Shown here: one piece after another, positions 1-10,271 of the stretch
Numbering within the stretch: position 1 is the stretch's first letter
Layout: every line of letters starts with the position of its first letter
Assembly (NCBI GenBank): GCA_043778625.1
Contig: JAYWFU010000147.1
Location: 31,516-95,515 of the forward strand
DNA: 64,000 nucleotides
Direction of reading: 5' to 3'
Source of the DNA: Bacteroidia bacterium
GTDB lineage: Bacteria; Bacteroidota; Bacteroidia; UBA4408
Notes under the pieces: generated by a model
What the model saw: the letters and a program-made list of their open reading frames with translations, nothing else
The model's database searches: none
Told to the model about the DNA's origin: nothing
Made by a program: the position numbers and the translations under genes

Positions 1-17
1 TTTTTTAAACTAAGTTT

Positions 18-1301
18 ATGCGCATATTTATTTCATTATTTATTAGTACTTTATTTATAACAAGTTGTAAAAAAAATAGTGGCTTAGCCGTTGATGAAAT
101 TCCTGGCGGACAGCAAATTGGGGCCAATTTATTTAACTGCACTAATGTTAAAGTAAAAACAATGTGGGCTTCGGATACCTTAGCCACTAATGGCACACCA
201 CAAACATTACTAGGTACTACTGTTGATGCCGATTACGGCATAACCACCAGTAGTATTATTGCGGCTTATGAAATTGATAAAACCAAAATTGCGCAACTCA
301 GTTTGCCAAAATACTCACGTGTAGGCGATATTAGCTTGTATCTCAAAATAGAAAATATTTACGGTAGTAACTATACCAACGGCGACAGTATGTTGGTAAC
401 GGTGTATAAAAGCAATACTGAATTTGCATCAAAAATTTATAACGCTACTTCATTTAATCCTTATACCACTACACCCGCTTTAGTAGTATACAATGGTTAC
501 ATTCATTTTAATTTAGATAAAAAAGTAAGTTATGCGGGTGCCGACACCACTGAAGCATTAGTTAAGATACAATTAAACGGTACGGCATTAGATAATTATT
601 TACAAACTAACGATGTAAATGGTGTAGCCACTACCAACTACGATGTAGCCTCGTTTTATAAAAACATAGTAATAGTGCCAGTAGCAAGCGCCAAAAACTT
701 TATAGCTAAGGTAAACATGCTTAATACTTTTTCGAGTGTTGTGTTACGAATAGATTCAGCTAATACAATTAAAAACTATATTATTATAAAACCTACTGCA
801 TTAACAGTGTATGCACATAATATTATTAATGATAAAAATATAAGCGCACCAATTACTCAATCGGTTACCAATACTGATAGTTCAGTGGCATACATGCAGG
901 GCGGAGTAAGCCGAGCAAAACTATTTTTTAGTGAATTAAGTATATTAAGTGACAGTGGAAATTTATTAATAAATACAGCCAAGTTAAGTGTAACGCCTAG
1001 TATTAACAACACTTACGGTCCTGCGGCAACTTATAATTTAGGTTACTTAATGCCTAATGGCAGTGTAATAGCGTTAAAAGATTTGTTGTACGAATCTGCC
1101 GCTTATTTTGATGGTGTGTACAATGCAGCCACTAATACAATTAGTTTTAATATAGCACGTCATGTACAAGAGGTAGTTAGTAAAAAACTACCTAACTACC
1201 CTATTGTGTTGGTGTCGTCTTTACAAGCAATAAATCCTAATATTACTAAATTAACGGCAAGCAACGTTAAATTAAACATAACCTATACAAAAATAAAATA
1301 A
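18..1301 (+). CDS. hypothetical lipoprotein (signal peptide with lipobox ...FITSC), T/N-rich beta-rich protein
   Basis: 427-aa ORF; N-terminal hydrophobic segment ending in Cys; no catalytic motif recognised. Confidence 0.5.
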   Translation: MRIFISLFISTLFITSCKKNSGLAVDEIPGGQQIGANLFNCTNVKVKTMWASDTLATNGTPQTLLGTTVDADYGITTSSIIAAYEIDKTKIAQLSLPKYSRVGDISLYLKIENIYGSNYTNGDSMLVTVYKSNTEFASKIYNATSFNPYTTTPALVVYNGYIHFNLDKKVSYAGADTTEALVKIQLNGTALDNYLQTNDVNGVATTNYDVASFYKNIVIVPVASAKNFIAKVNMLNTFSSVVLRIDSANTIKNYIIIKPTALTVYAHNIINDKNISAPITQSVTNTDSSVAYMQGGVSRAKLFFSELSILSDSGNLLINTAKLSVTPSINNTYGPAATYNLGYLMPNGSVIALKDLLYESAAYFDGVYNAATNTISFNIARHVQEVVSKKLPNYPIVLVSSLQAINPNITKLTASNVKLNITYTKIK

Positions 1302-1305
1302 TAAT

Positions 1306-3144
1306 ATGTGTGGAATAGTAGCATACATAGGCAACAGAGAAGCCTATCCAATAGTAATGAAAGGCTTACGACGCCTAGAGTACAGAGGGTATGATAGTGC
1401 AGGTATTGCCTTAATTGATAAAAAACTTACCGTGTACAAATGCAAGGGTAAAGTAGATGATTTAGAAAAATACATTGGCACCCAAAACACTCATGGGCTA
1501 GTAGGTATAGGGCATACACGCTGGGCTACACATGGTGTACCTAACGATGTAAATGCGCACCCGCACTACTCGCAGCACAAAGATTTAACAATAATACATA
1601 ACGGAATTATTGAAAATTACGATGCAATTAAAAAAGCATTAACGCTGCGTGGGCACACATTTACAAGCGATACCGACACCGAGGTACTAATACACCTAAT
1701 TGAAGATATACACAACAACGCCAAGGTTAGTTTGGTAGAAGCTGTGCGTCTTGCACTTAACGAAGCTGTGGGAGCTTATGCCATTGTTATTTTATCGAAA
1801 GATAATCCTAACCAACTAATTGCGGCACGTAAATCGAGCCCATTGGTTATTGGTATTGGTACTGACGAATTCTTCTGTGCATCAGACGCTACCCCTATTG
1901 TTGAGTATACTAAAAATGTAGTATATTTAAATGATGAGGAAATAGCTGTAATAAACCGTGGTGAAGAATTAAAAATTATTACTACCAAAAATATTGCTAA
2001 AACACCTTATGTGCAAGAGCTTGAACTAAACATTGAAGCTATTGAAAAAGGAGGGTACGAGCATTTTATGCTAAAAGAAATATTTGAACAACCACGATCT
2101 ATTCGCGACAGTATTAGAGGGCGAGTACTAGTTGACCAAGGCTTAATAAAATTAGGAGGTATAACTGAATATGCGCAAAAAATAGTAAACGCCAAACGTA
2201 TTATTATTATTGGTTGTGGTACTAGCTGGCACGCTGGCTTAGTGGGCGAATATTTAATTGAAGACTTGGCACGTATACCTGTAGAGGTAGAGTATGCGTC
2301 GGAATTTAGGTACCGCAACCCTATTATTAACGAAGATGATGTGGTAATAGCAATATCGCAAAGTGGCGAAACGGCAGATACACTTGCAGCTATTGAATTA
2401 GCAAAATCAAAAGGGGCGTTGGTATATGGTATTTGTAACGTAGCGGGTTCGAGCATTGCACGTACTACGCACGCAGGCTCATACACACACGCAGGCCCTG
2501 AAATTGGTGTAGCAAGTACCAAAGCATTTACAGCACAGGTAGCCATACTTACTGCGTTTGCACTAAGCGTGGCAAAACAACGTGGTACTATCACCGAAAG
2601 CCGTTACCATCAATTACTTACAGAATTAGATACCGTACCCGAACTAGTACAAAAAGTATTATTACAAAGCGATAAAACAAAAGAGATAGCTACAATTATG
2701 AAAGACGCTCCTAACTGTTTGTATTTAGGGCGAGGATATAGCTTTCCTGTAGCATTAGAGGGAGCACTAAAATTAAAAGAAATTTCGTATATACATGCAG
2801 AGGGTTATCCAGCTGCCGAAATGAAACACGGCCCAATAGCCCTAATTGACGAAGAAATGCCCGTAGTAGTAATAGCTACCAAGGGCGCTAACTATGAAAA
2901 AGTGATAAGTACAATACAAGAAATAAAAGCGCGCAAAGGAATTATAATTGCCATTGTAACTGAGGGAGATAACCATGCTGTGCACCTTGCTGACCATAGC
3001 ATAGCAATACCCGAAAGCGACGACTGCCTTGTACCTATTATAAGTGTAGTACCACTACAATTATTAAGCTATTACATAGCTGTAATGCGTAATTGTAACG
3101 TGGATCAACCACGCAACTTAGCTAAGAGTGTAACAGTAGAATAA
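1306..3144 (+). CDS. glmS: glutamine--fructose-6-phosphate aminotransferase (isomerising)
   Basis: N-terminal MCGIVAY class-II glutamine amidotransferase start; two SIS domains; 612 aa; C-terminal ...KSVTVE. Confidence 0.95.
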   Translation: MCGIVAYIGNREAYPIVMKGLRRLEYRGYDSAGIALIDKKLTVYKCKGKVDDLEKYIGTQNTHGLVGIGHTRWATHGVPNDVNAHPHYSQHKDLTIIHNGIIENYDAIKKALTLRGHTFTSDTDTEVLIHLIEDIHNNAKVSLVEAVRLALNEAVGAYAIVILSKDNPNQLIAARKSSPLVIGIGTDEFFCASDATPIVEYTKNVVYLNDEEIAVINRGEELKIITTKNIAKTPYVQELELNIEAIEKGGYEHFMLKEIFEQPRSIRDSIRGRVLVDQGLIKLGGITEYAQKIVNAKRIIIIGCGTSWHAGLVGEYLIEDLARIPVEVEYASEFRYRNPIINEDDVVIAISQSGETADTLAAIELAKSKGALVYGICNVAGSSIARTTHAGSYTHAGPEIGVASTKAFTAQVAILTAFALSVAKQRGTITESRYHQLLTELDTVPELVQKVLLQSDKTKEIATIMKDAPNCLYLGRGYSFPVALEGALKLKEISYIHAEGYPAAEMKHGPIALIDEEMPVVVIATKGANYEKVISTIQEIKARKGIIIAIVTEGDNHAVHLADHSIAIPESDDCLVPIISVVPLQLLSYYIAVMRNCNVDQPRNLAKSVTVE

Positions 3145-3185
3145 ACCGCTACAGAATAAAACATATAACATAACTAACAACAATA

Positions 3186-3896
3186 ATGGCTGCATACCAA
3201 CTCAAAACAATAGTAGTAGATGACGATGCACTACAACGCAAAATACTAAAGCATTGTGTAACAAGTACTCCATTTTTAGAGTTTGTTGGCGAAGCAAGCA
3301 ATGCAGTTGAGGCACTCGAGCTGTTGGATACGCAACGGGTCGATGTCGTGTTTTTAGACGTTATGATGCCTCAAATGACAGGCATAGAACTCATAGAAAG
3401 CATGAGGCATGCACCACAAGTAGTGCTAGTTACTGCTGACGCACGCCATGCAGCCAAAGCTTACGAGTTAAATGTTATAGATTATTTAGTAAAACCTGTT
3501 GATTTAGCAAGGTTTACAATAGCTGCTAATAAAGTTAAATTTAGTTACGAGGCTAATAAACATTTGCAAGAAAGCAATTATGTATTAGTTAAAACAGAGG
3601 GGGCAATTATTAAACTGTTTGTAAAAGACATTTTATACGTAGAAGCCCTTGCCGATTATGTAATACTATATACTACCACCAAACGCCATACTGTACTATC
3701 AACAATGAAGGGTATGGAGGAAAAATTAGGCAAAACTGATTTTATGCGCACCCATCGCTCTTTTATAATTAATGTAAATAAAATTGCATCAATGGAGCCT
3801 GGCGTAATTAAGTTATTAGAGGTAGATGTAGAAATACCAATAAGTAGAAGCTACAACGATGAGGTAAAACTCAAAATAAAAACAATGAATGAGTAG
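3186..3896 (+). CDS. LytTR-family response regulator (REC + LytTR DNA-binding domain)
   Basis: N-terminal receiver (VVDDD...FLDVMMP...) and C-terminal LytTR-like region (FMRTHRSFIINVNKI); no kinase adjacent. Confidence 0.85.
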   Translation: MAAYQLKTIVVDDDALQRKILKHCVTSTPFLEFVGEASNAVEALELLDTQRVDVVFLDVMMPQMTGIELIESMRHAPQVVLVTADARHAAKAYELNVIDYLVKPVDLARFTIAANKVKFSYEANKHLQESNYVLVKTEGAIIKLFVKDILYVEALADYVILYTTTKRHTVLSTMKGMEEKLGKTDFMRTHRSFIINVNKIASMEPGVIKLLEVDVEIPISRSYNDEVKLKIKTMNE

Positions 3897-3919
3897 TGGG
3901 GGAGAGTTTTACTATAATT

Positions 3920-4675
3920 ATGAAAAATAAATTTTTAGTTTATATACTTCTATTTTTATTAAATTTTATTTACTCTTGTTCCGTACACAAAAAACATTAT
4001 ACTAACGGATACACCATTGCTTGGAACACTAGTAAAAACAAACCTCTTACTAATAATAAATACCTAAGTACGCAAGAAAATAAATCAGTAACCCAAACCC
4101 TTATTGATAGTACTATTACCAAAGCCGATGTATTAACAAGCGCTACTGAGATAAATACTGAAAGCAATACTATTTCTAAGCCTGTAAACTATATAAATAC
4201 CTACAAGAAACTTATACCTAATGTTAGCACTAGCTATAAGCCCACTATTAACGACGAACCGACTGAAGAACCGAAAGCTCGACTAAAGTATAATAGTAAG
4301 GCAATTATTAGTTTTGTAATGGGACTAATTGCTTTGATATTGGTTTTACTTCTTGGAATTGTTACCGTACTTATAGCGCCAATATTTGGATTTGCAGCTA
4401 TATTAGTTGTTCCAATATTTGCAATTATTGCGGTATTGGCAGGCAAAAAATCTTTGTATAAAATAGAGTCTTCGCCCGAAAAATATAAGGGTAAAGAATT
4501 TGCTAAAGTGGGAGTATTACTAGGGAAAATGGCACTTACTCTACTTGCTATCTCTTCATTAATTTTAGTTGCAATAGGAGTTAGTTTTGGTTTAAGTTCG
4601 TTAGGTTATTTTGTTTTTATAGTAATTGCAGCATTGGCAATTATTTTTTTTATACGATATGTAGTAAATGAATAA
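3920..4675 (+). CDS. lipoprotein/membrane protein with C-terminal multi-TM DUF4190-like region
   Basis: ORF 3896-4675; likely start MKNKF at 3920; lipobox IYSCS; C-terminal four hydrophobic helices with GKKSLYKIESSPEKYKGKEF loop. Confidence 0.5.
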   Translation: MKNKFLVYILLFLLNFIYSCSVHKKHYTNGYTIAWNTSKNKPLTNNKYLSTQENKSVTQTLIDSTITKADVLTSATEINTESNTISKPVNYINTYKKLIPNVSTSYKPTINDEPTEEPKARLKYNSKAIISFVMGLIALILVLLLGIVTVLIAPIFGFAAILVVPIFAIIAVLAGKKSLYKIESSPEKYKGKEFAKVGVLLGKMALTLLAISSLILVAIGVSFGLSSLGYFVFIVIAALAIIFFIRYVVNE

Positions 4676-4839
4676 TGTTTTAAATATATGTCCGCAAATA
4701 CTTATAATTAATATTTTTCAGTTATACTAGCAAAGAAAACGGTGTAAATTTATTTAATTTCACAGCAAAGTTTGAGAGGCGAAGAAGCCTTTATAGCGCA
4801 TTTTAAGGGCGAACTAGACACTAAGGGTGTAACTTGTGA

Positions 4840-5497
4840 TGTGGTATAAAACTATACTTTTACTCAGTGCTACTAAAAAAAGGTTTTTCAAGTAAGGAAC
4901 TGCGTAGCGCATAATGAACACCAATTAAAAAACTAAAGTGAATAAATACAAAAACAATTAGGTTTAAAACGCTACGAACCTGTGTGGGCAGCAGCTAAGC
5001 CTCATGAACACGACTAAAATTAACTTGTGAAATGGTTAATAAGTTGTGTAAGGTAATGGGCAAGCGTGATGCACGCTACACTTTAGAGAGAATGATTAAA
5101 ATGAACGAGGGATATTTTACCATTGAATCTAGCTAAATAGAAAAAAGCAAAAGCATTAGAGGACGTGGCGTTGTGGGGAAGCAAAATATTGCACTACTAG
5201 CAGAATCAACTCCTTTGGAGGATATTGAAACTGGAAAGACGTTTAACCAATGTAGCTATTTTAAGGCAAAGGTATTAACTAGCCACAGTGCAACTGAAAT
5301 AAACGGTACAATAAAAGACTCTATTAGTGAAAAAAGTATAGTTTTTAGTGACAAAAGCACCTCTTACGTGAACATAGCAGACTATGTAGGGTTACACTTT
5401 ACTGAAAAATCAAACAAAGAAACTACCAAAAAAGTACTGATTTTCAACATTGAAATTTTTACAGCTAACGCCACTTTATTTGTTTGTAGTTTAGTAC
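4840..5497 (+). pseudogene. degraded IS1595-family (ISXO2-like DDE) transposase remnant
   Basis: Frames across 4.85-5.45 kb give interrupted pieces resembling the IS1595 core (…NEGYFTIES… / …SIVFSDKSTSYVNIADYVGLHFTEKSN…), broken by stop codons; only a 122-aa ORF (5173-5541, GTG start) survives; 3' part overwritten by the convergent 7TM-HD gene. Confidence 0.4.
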
Positions 5498-7539
5498 TAC
5501 TTGTTAGGGTATTCAATTCTCAAATGGTAAATATTGAGTAATTTTTTTTTGAATATTTTTTTAATGGTACTAATGTTTTTAAACGTTATGTCGGAGTTAA
5601 TAAATTGTTGATCTTCAATTTGGCGGTTAATTACTTTATCCACCAAGGCATCAATAGCTTCGGCGTTGTATTGTTTTAGACTGCGTGATGATGCCTCTAC
5701 ACTATCGGCCATCATTAGCACTGCGGTTTCTTTACTAAATGGTATTGGCCCAGGGTATTGAAACATGGTTTCGTCCACCTCCTCGTCAGGATGTATATTA
5801 ATATACGATTGATAAAAATATTGCACCTTACTTGTGCCGTGGTGCGTGCGTATAAAATCAATAATACGATCGGGCAAATTGTTTTTCTTAGCCAATTCAA
5901 TACCTGCTTTTACGTGGCCTGTAATTATGGACGCGCTTTCTTCGGAGTTAATATCATCATGCGGATTAACGCCTGTAGTTTGATTTTCGATAAAATAAAC
6001 AGGCGATGCCATTTTGCCAATATCGTGGTACAAAGCTCCTGCTCGCACAAGTAATGGTGAGCCGCCTATGGCATGTATGGCGTCTTCGGCAAGGTTGGCT
6101 ACCTGCAATGAATGTTGGAAGGTACCTGGCGCTTTTTCGGATAAGGCTCGCAACAATTTACTGTTGGTGTCAGTTAATTCTAACAAAGAAATATCGCTCA
6201 GGAAACCAAATATTTTTTCGCATACGTATATTAGAGGATAGCTAAATAAGGTAATCATACTAGCCACGGCAAAATAACCAAAGTACTCTGGCTCAATACT
6301 TTCCATTCGACCTTGTTGTACTATAGTCATACCAAAATAAGTAACACTATATGCTACAAAAATATAAATAACCGCAATAAATAATTGCGACCTATTACGC
6401 ATATTAACTATGCTAAATATAGTAATCATACCTGCTACCAGCTGTAGCATAAAAAATTCAAAACTATTAGGTACTACTAACCCCACTATTAAGCTGGATA
6501 CAATGTGGGTGAACAATGCCGTGCGGGTATCATAAAACACACGCATTAATACAGGCAAAATGCAGTAAGGCAATACATACAGACTTATTAAATCGGTACG
6601 GAGGGTAAGGGCTGTCATTGTTACGTTTATTACCACACATATTAGTATAAAAGTTACGTTGTTATTGTCGGAAATAATATCCTTACGAAACAAGGTTAAA
6701 AACAAAAACAATAATCCAATGCACACACTTACCAATACTACTTGCCCCGTAAGTATGAGCCAGTAATTAGTTTGTGAGGCAATTTTTTGGCTATACTGCA
6801 TTTTTAACGATTCTAACATTTGATACCTCAACATATCCGTAACCTCACCCTTGGTAATAATAGGTTCGCCTTGTTTTACCATGCCCTGCGTAGGCGATAC
6901 GTCACCTTCAGTTTGGGCTTGTGTTTTTTCAGTCATGGTTGCGTCGTACACAATATTTTGTTTTAGTGCATTTTCGAGCAATGTAACCAATTGTTCATCT
7001 TTGTTATTATTTTTAGCAAGCTCTGTTGTTACATAATCATAGGCTGTTTGCAGGGTAAACACATTACCTAACTCTCGCTCAGTTACTTGGTTATTAGTTA
7101 AAATATTAATGATGTAAGTAGTAGTTTGCCCCTCCAGTTGTTCGTTTAGTTCAATAATACCTTGTGTGTAAATATGGGTAAGTAACTGTACTCCTTGTGC
7201 TTTATTAGCAGGCTTAATGGCTATTACACTGCTATCGCAGGCATTAATAAATGCGCTTATCTGACTATTTAATAACGTAGTATCTACCTTAAAATAAGGG
7301 TGAGTGTTGGATACCGCTATTTTTTTTTCGCGCTTAATATCCTCTTTACTTTTGTATATAGCAAAATCAAAAGGAGCTATTAGCGTGGGGTTCATCCACA
7401 CCTTTCCCATTTTGTATTCGTATTTAAACTTGCCTTCTTTGGGCAAATTATACACAATAACCACTACAGCGAGTACAAATAATATTATTTTAAATACATC
7501 GCCGTGTTTTTCACGGAGTAGGGTATATAGTTTTTTCAT
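5497..7539 (-). CDS. 7TM receptor with intracellular HD hydrolase (HDIG domain protein)
   Basis: 680 aa; N-terminal TM + extracellular domain, 7 TM helices, C-terminal HD domain (ALYHDIGK...HHG). Confidence 0.85.
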   Translation of the reverse strand: MKKLYTLLREKHGDVFKIILFVLAVVVIVYNLPKEGKFKYEYKMGKVWMNPTLIAPFDFAIYKSKEDIKREKKIAVSNTHPYFKVDTTLLNSQISAFINACDSSVIAIKPANKAQGVQLLTHIYTQGIIELNEQLEGQTTTYIINILTNNQVTERELGNVFTLQTAYDYVTTELAKNNNKDEQLVTLLENALKQNIVYDATMTEKTQAQTEGDVSPTQGMVKQGEPIITKGEVTDMLRYQMLESLKMQYSQKIASQTNYWLILTGQVVLVSVCIGLLFLFLTLFRKDIISDNNNVTFILICVVINVTMTALTLRTDLISLYVLPYCILPVLMRVFYDTRTALFTHIVSSLIVGLVVPNSFEFFMLQLVAGMITIFSIVNMRNRSQLFIAVIYIFVAYSVTYFGMTIVQQGRMESIEPEYFGYFAVASMITLFSYPLIYVCEKIFGFLSDISLLELTDTNSKLLRALSEKAPGTFQHSLQVANLAEDAIHAIGGSPLLVRAGALYHDIGKMASPVYFIENQTTGVNPHDDINSEESASIITGHVKAGIELAKKNNLPDRIIDFIRTHHGTSKVQYFYQSYINIHPDEEVDETMFQYPGPIPFSKETAVLMMADSVEASSRSLKQYNAEAIDALVDKVINRQIEDQQFINSDITFKNISTIKKIFKKKLLNIYHLRIEYPNK

Positions 7540-7672
7540 TGAACAATTAATGATTAAAATTTGTGTACTAAAATACTAGATAGTTAGTAGTCGTATGTCA
7601 TATATAATTAAATTCGTGCATTATTTTTAAACAACTGAAGTATAACATCAACCTCACAAAACAATATCTCAA

Positions 7673-8851
7673 ATGAAAGAAGTATTTATAGTAGCCGCCA
7701 AACGTACGCCAATAGGCGCTTTTAACGGAGTATTAAGTTCATTTACAGCGCCACAATTAGGGGCAATAGCTATTAAAGCTGCCTTGGCAGAAGCAGGCAT
7801 AGCACCTGAGCAAGTTAACGAAGTATATATGGGTAACGTGCTATCGGCAGGCATTGGGCAAGCACCCGCCACACAAGCTAGTATTTATGCAGGCATACCT
7901 AACACTGTGCCCACAACTACTATTAACAAAGTGTGTGCATCGGGCACTAAAGCTATTATGTTAGCAGCTCAAAGTATTCAACTAGGTACTAATGATGTAG
8001 TAATTGCAGGTGGTATGGAAAGTATGACCAACGTACCGCATTACTTAGAAAAATCGCGCGCAGGGTTTAAACTTGGACACGCACAATTAACCGATGGCTT
8101 AATAAAAGATGGCCTGTGGGACGTATACAATAACTATCACATGGGTAGTGCTGCTGAGCTATGTGCCAAAGAATTATCGCTAACACGCGAAATGCAAGAT
8201 GCCTTTGCAATACAATCCTACCAACGTGCAGCTGCTGCACACACTGCAGGTAAATTTGCTAACGAAATATGCCCAGTGGAAGTTACCGATCGTAAAGGCA
8301 ATGTTACTAAAATTACTACTGACGAAGAATATACTGCGGTTAGTTTTGATAAAATACCTACACTTAAACCTGTGTTTGTAAAAGACGGAACAGTAACTGC
8401 CGCCAACGCAAGTACGCTTAACGATGGTGCAAGCGCATTAATATTAGTAAGTGGCGAAAAATTAAAGGAATTAGGACTAACACCATTAGCTAAAATTATT
8501 GGCTACGCCGATGCACAACAAGCCCCTGAATGGTTTACCACTGCACCTGCTAAGGCATTGCCTATTGCTATTAAAAATGCAGGCTTAACGGCTGATAAAA
8601 TAGAGTTTTATGAAATTAACGAGGCGTTTTCGGCAGTATCGTTAGCTAACAATAAATTATTGAATTTAGATACTAATAAAGTAAACGTAAACGGTGGCGC
8701 AGTAGCCCTAGGGCACCCACTTGGAAGTTCGGGCGCAAGAATTGTTACTACTTTAATTAATGTACTTACACAAAACAATGCTAAATATGGAGCTGCTGCT
8801 ATATGCAATGGTGGCGGTGGCGCAAGCGCATTAGTTATTGAAAAATGCTAG
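7673..8851 (+). CDS. acetyl-CoA C-acetyltransferase (thiolase II)
   Basis: 392 aa; thiolase N-terminus MKEVFIVAAKRTPIG, active-site Cys region NKVCASG, C-terminal CNGGGGA. Confidence 0.9.
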   Translation: MKEVFIVAAKRTPIGAFNGVLSSFTAPQLGAIAIKAALAEAGIAPEQVNEVYMGNVLSAGIGQAPATQASIYAGIPNTVPTTTINKVCASGTKAIMLAAQSIQLGTNDVVIAGGMESMTNVPHYLEKSRAGFKLGHAQLTDGLIKDGLWDVYNNYHMGSAAELCAKELSLTREMQDAFAIQSYQRAAAAHTAGKFANEICPVEVTDRKGNVTKITTDEEYTAVSFDKIPTLKPVFVKDGTVTAANASTLNDGASALILVSGEKLKELGLTPLAKIIGYADAQQAPEWFTTAPAKALPIAIKNAGLTADKIEFYEINEAFSAVSLANNKLLNLDTNKVNVNGGAVALGHPLGSSGARIVTTLINVLTQNNAKYGAAAICNGGGGASALVIEKC

Positions 8852-8860
8852 TCCAGATAT

Positions 8861-9057
8861 TAGATGTTAGATTTTTGGATAATAGATAATAGATGATTGG
8901 CAATGTTGCAAATCTTTAACATTTGTAAACAAATTTGTTTACAAATGTTAATTAAAGTCTAACTACACTTTAATCTAATAGCTAACTACTAATTATCTAA
9001 AATCTAATTACTCTTTATCTAACTACTAATTACTCACTATCTAATATCTAAAATCAC
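8861..9057. repeat. inverted-repeat-rich intergenic region with a perfect 24-bp palindrome TTTGTAAACAAATTTGTTTACAAA flanked by TAGAT/ATCTA-rich arms
   Basis: Direct reading: agatattagatgttagat ... palindrome ... atctaatatctaaaatc; arms are imperfect reverse complements. Confidence 0.5.
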
Positions 9058-10176
9058 ATGGCAAAGAAAGAAACCAAAAAAGAAAAAAAATCAAAAAGCA
9101 TATTAACTGATAAGTCAGTTGCTTTTTTAGAGCAATATATTAACAACGCATCGCCTACTGGCTTTGAAGCCGAAGGACAAAAACTATGGTTAGAATATCT
9201 TAAACCATACGTGGATACACAATACGTGGATAACTACGGTACTGCCGTAGGAGTTATTAATCCTGAGGCCGAATTTAAAGTAGTGATTGAAGCCCATGCC
9301 GACGAAATTAGTTGGTTTGTAAGCTATATTACTCCCGAAGGTTTTATTTATTTAAAACGTAATGGTGGAGTCGACCATCAAATTGCACCGTCAAAACGCG
9401 TAAATATTCATACCGACAAAGGCATAGTAAAAGCCGTATTTGGTTGGCCTGCAATACACGTGCGTGATGCTGCCAAGGAAGAAGCGCCTAGTGTTAAAAA
9501 CTTGTTTTTAGATTGCGGCTGTAACTCACGCAAGGAAGTTGAAGAACTTGGTGTACACGTAGGTTGCGTGGTAACTTACCCTGACGAGTTTATGGTACTT
9601 AATAACCGCTACTATGTAGGGCGAGCGTTAGATAACCGTGTGGGAGGCTTTATGATAGCCGAAGTAGCACGTTTATTAAAAGAACAAAAAACTAAATTAC
9701 CTTTTGGTTTGTACGTTGTAAACAGTGTGCAAGAAGAAATTGGCTTGCGTGGTGCCGAAATGATTTCACGTACTATTAACCCACACGTAGCTATTTGTAC
9801 CGATGTTACACACTGTACTCAAACACCAATGATGAGTAAAATTGTGAGTGGTGATGTAGCATGTGGCAAAGGTCCAGTACTTACCTACGGCCCTGCGGTA
9901 CAAAACAATTTATTAAAATTAATTATTAAAGCTGCCGATGCTAACAAAATAGACATACAACGTGCAGCAGTATCGCGCTCAACAGGTACTGATACCGATG
10001 CCTTTGCATATTCAACTAATGGTACTGCATCAGCCTTAATATCATTACCATTGCGCTACATGCATACTACGGTAGAAGCGGTTGATAAACAAGATGTAGA
10101 AGATGTTATTCAATTAATTTTAGAATCAGTTAAAACCATTAAAAACAATCACGATTTTAAATACATTAAATTGTAA
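9058..10176 (+). CDS. M42-family metallopeptidase (glutamyl aminopeptidase/FrvX-like)
   Basis: 372 aa; M42 layout with His/Asp metal ligands (EAHADE..., DNRVG, EEIGLRGA). Confidence 0.8.
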   Translation: MAKKETKKEKKSKSILTDKSVAFLEQYINNASPTGFEAEGQKLWLEYLKPYVDTQYVDNYGTAVGVINPEAEFKVVIEAHADEISWFVSYITPEGFIYLKRNGGVDHQIAPSKRVNIHTDKGIVKAVFGWPAIHVRDAAKEEAPSVKNLFLDCGCNSRKEVEELGVHVGCVVTYPDEFMVLNNRYYVGRALDNRVGGFMIAEVARLLKEQKTKLPFGLYVVNSVQEEIGLRGAEMISRTINPHVAICTDVTHCTQTPMMSKIVSGDVACGKGPVLTYGPAVQNNLLKLIIKAADANKIDIQRAAVSRSTGTDTDAFAYSTNGTASALISLPLRYMHTTVEAVDKQDVEDVIQLILESVKTIKNNHDFKYIKL

Positions 10177-10271
10177 GTTAAATTTAATATAATGGTGTCA
10201 AATAAGTAGGGCTCGTTAAACTTAGTTTAACGAGCTCTACTTATTTGTAACTAATATTAAAGTAATAAGTA

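Noticed and set aside
1776-2594. Minus-strand ORFs (70 and 195 aa) inside glmS
   Set aside because: Antisense to a highly conserved, confidently identified gene; low-complexity translations; classic shadow ORFs
4700-5170. Possible structured ncRNA (tmRNA, RNase P, 6S) in the GC-richer 470-bp gap
   Set aside because: None of the conserved tmRNA/RNase P sequence blocks are present; the frames instead show transposase-like peptide remnants, so an IS scar is the better explanation
5715-7036. Several 60-100-aa ORFs on both strands within 5497-7539
   Set aside because: Nested in the 680-aa 7TM-HD gene, which has clear domain logic
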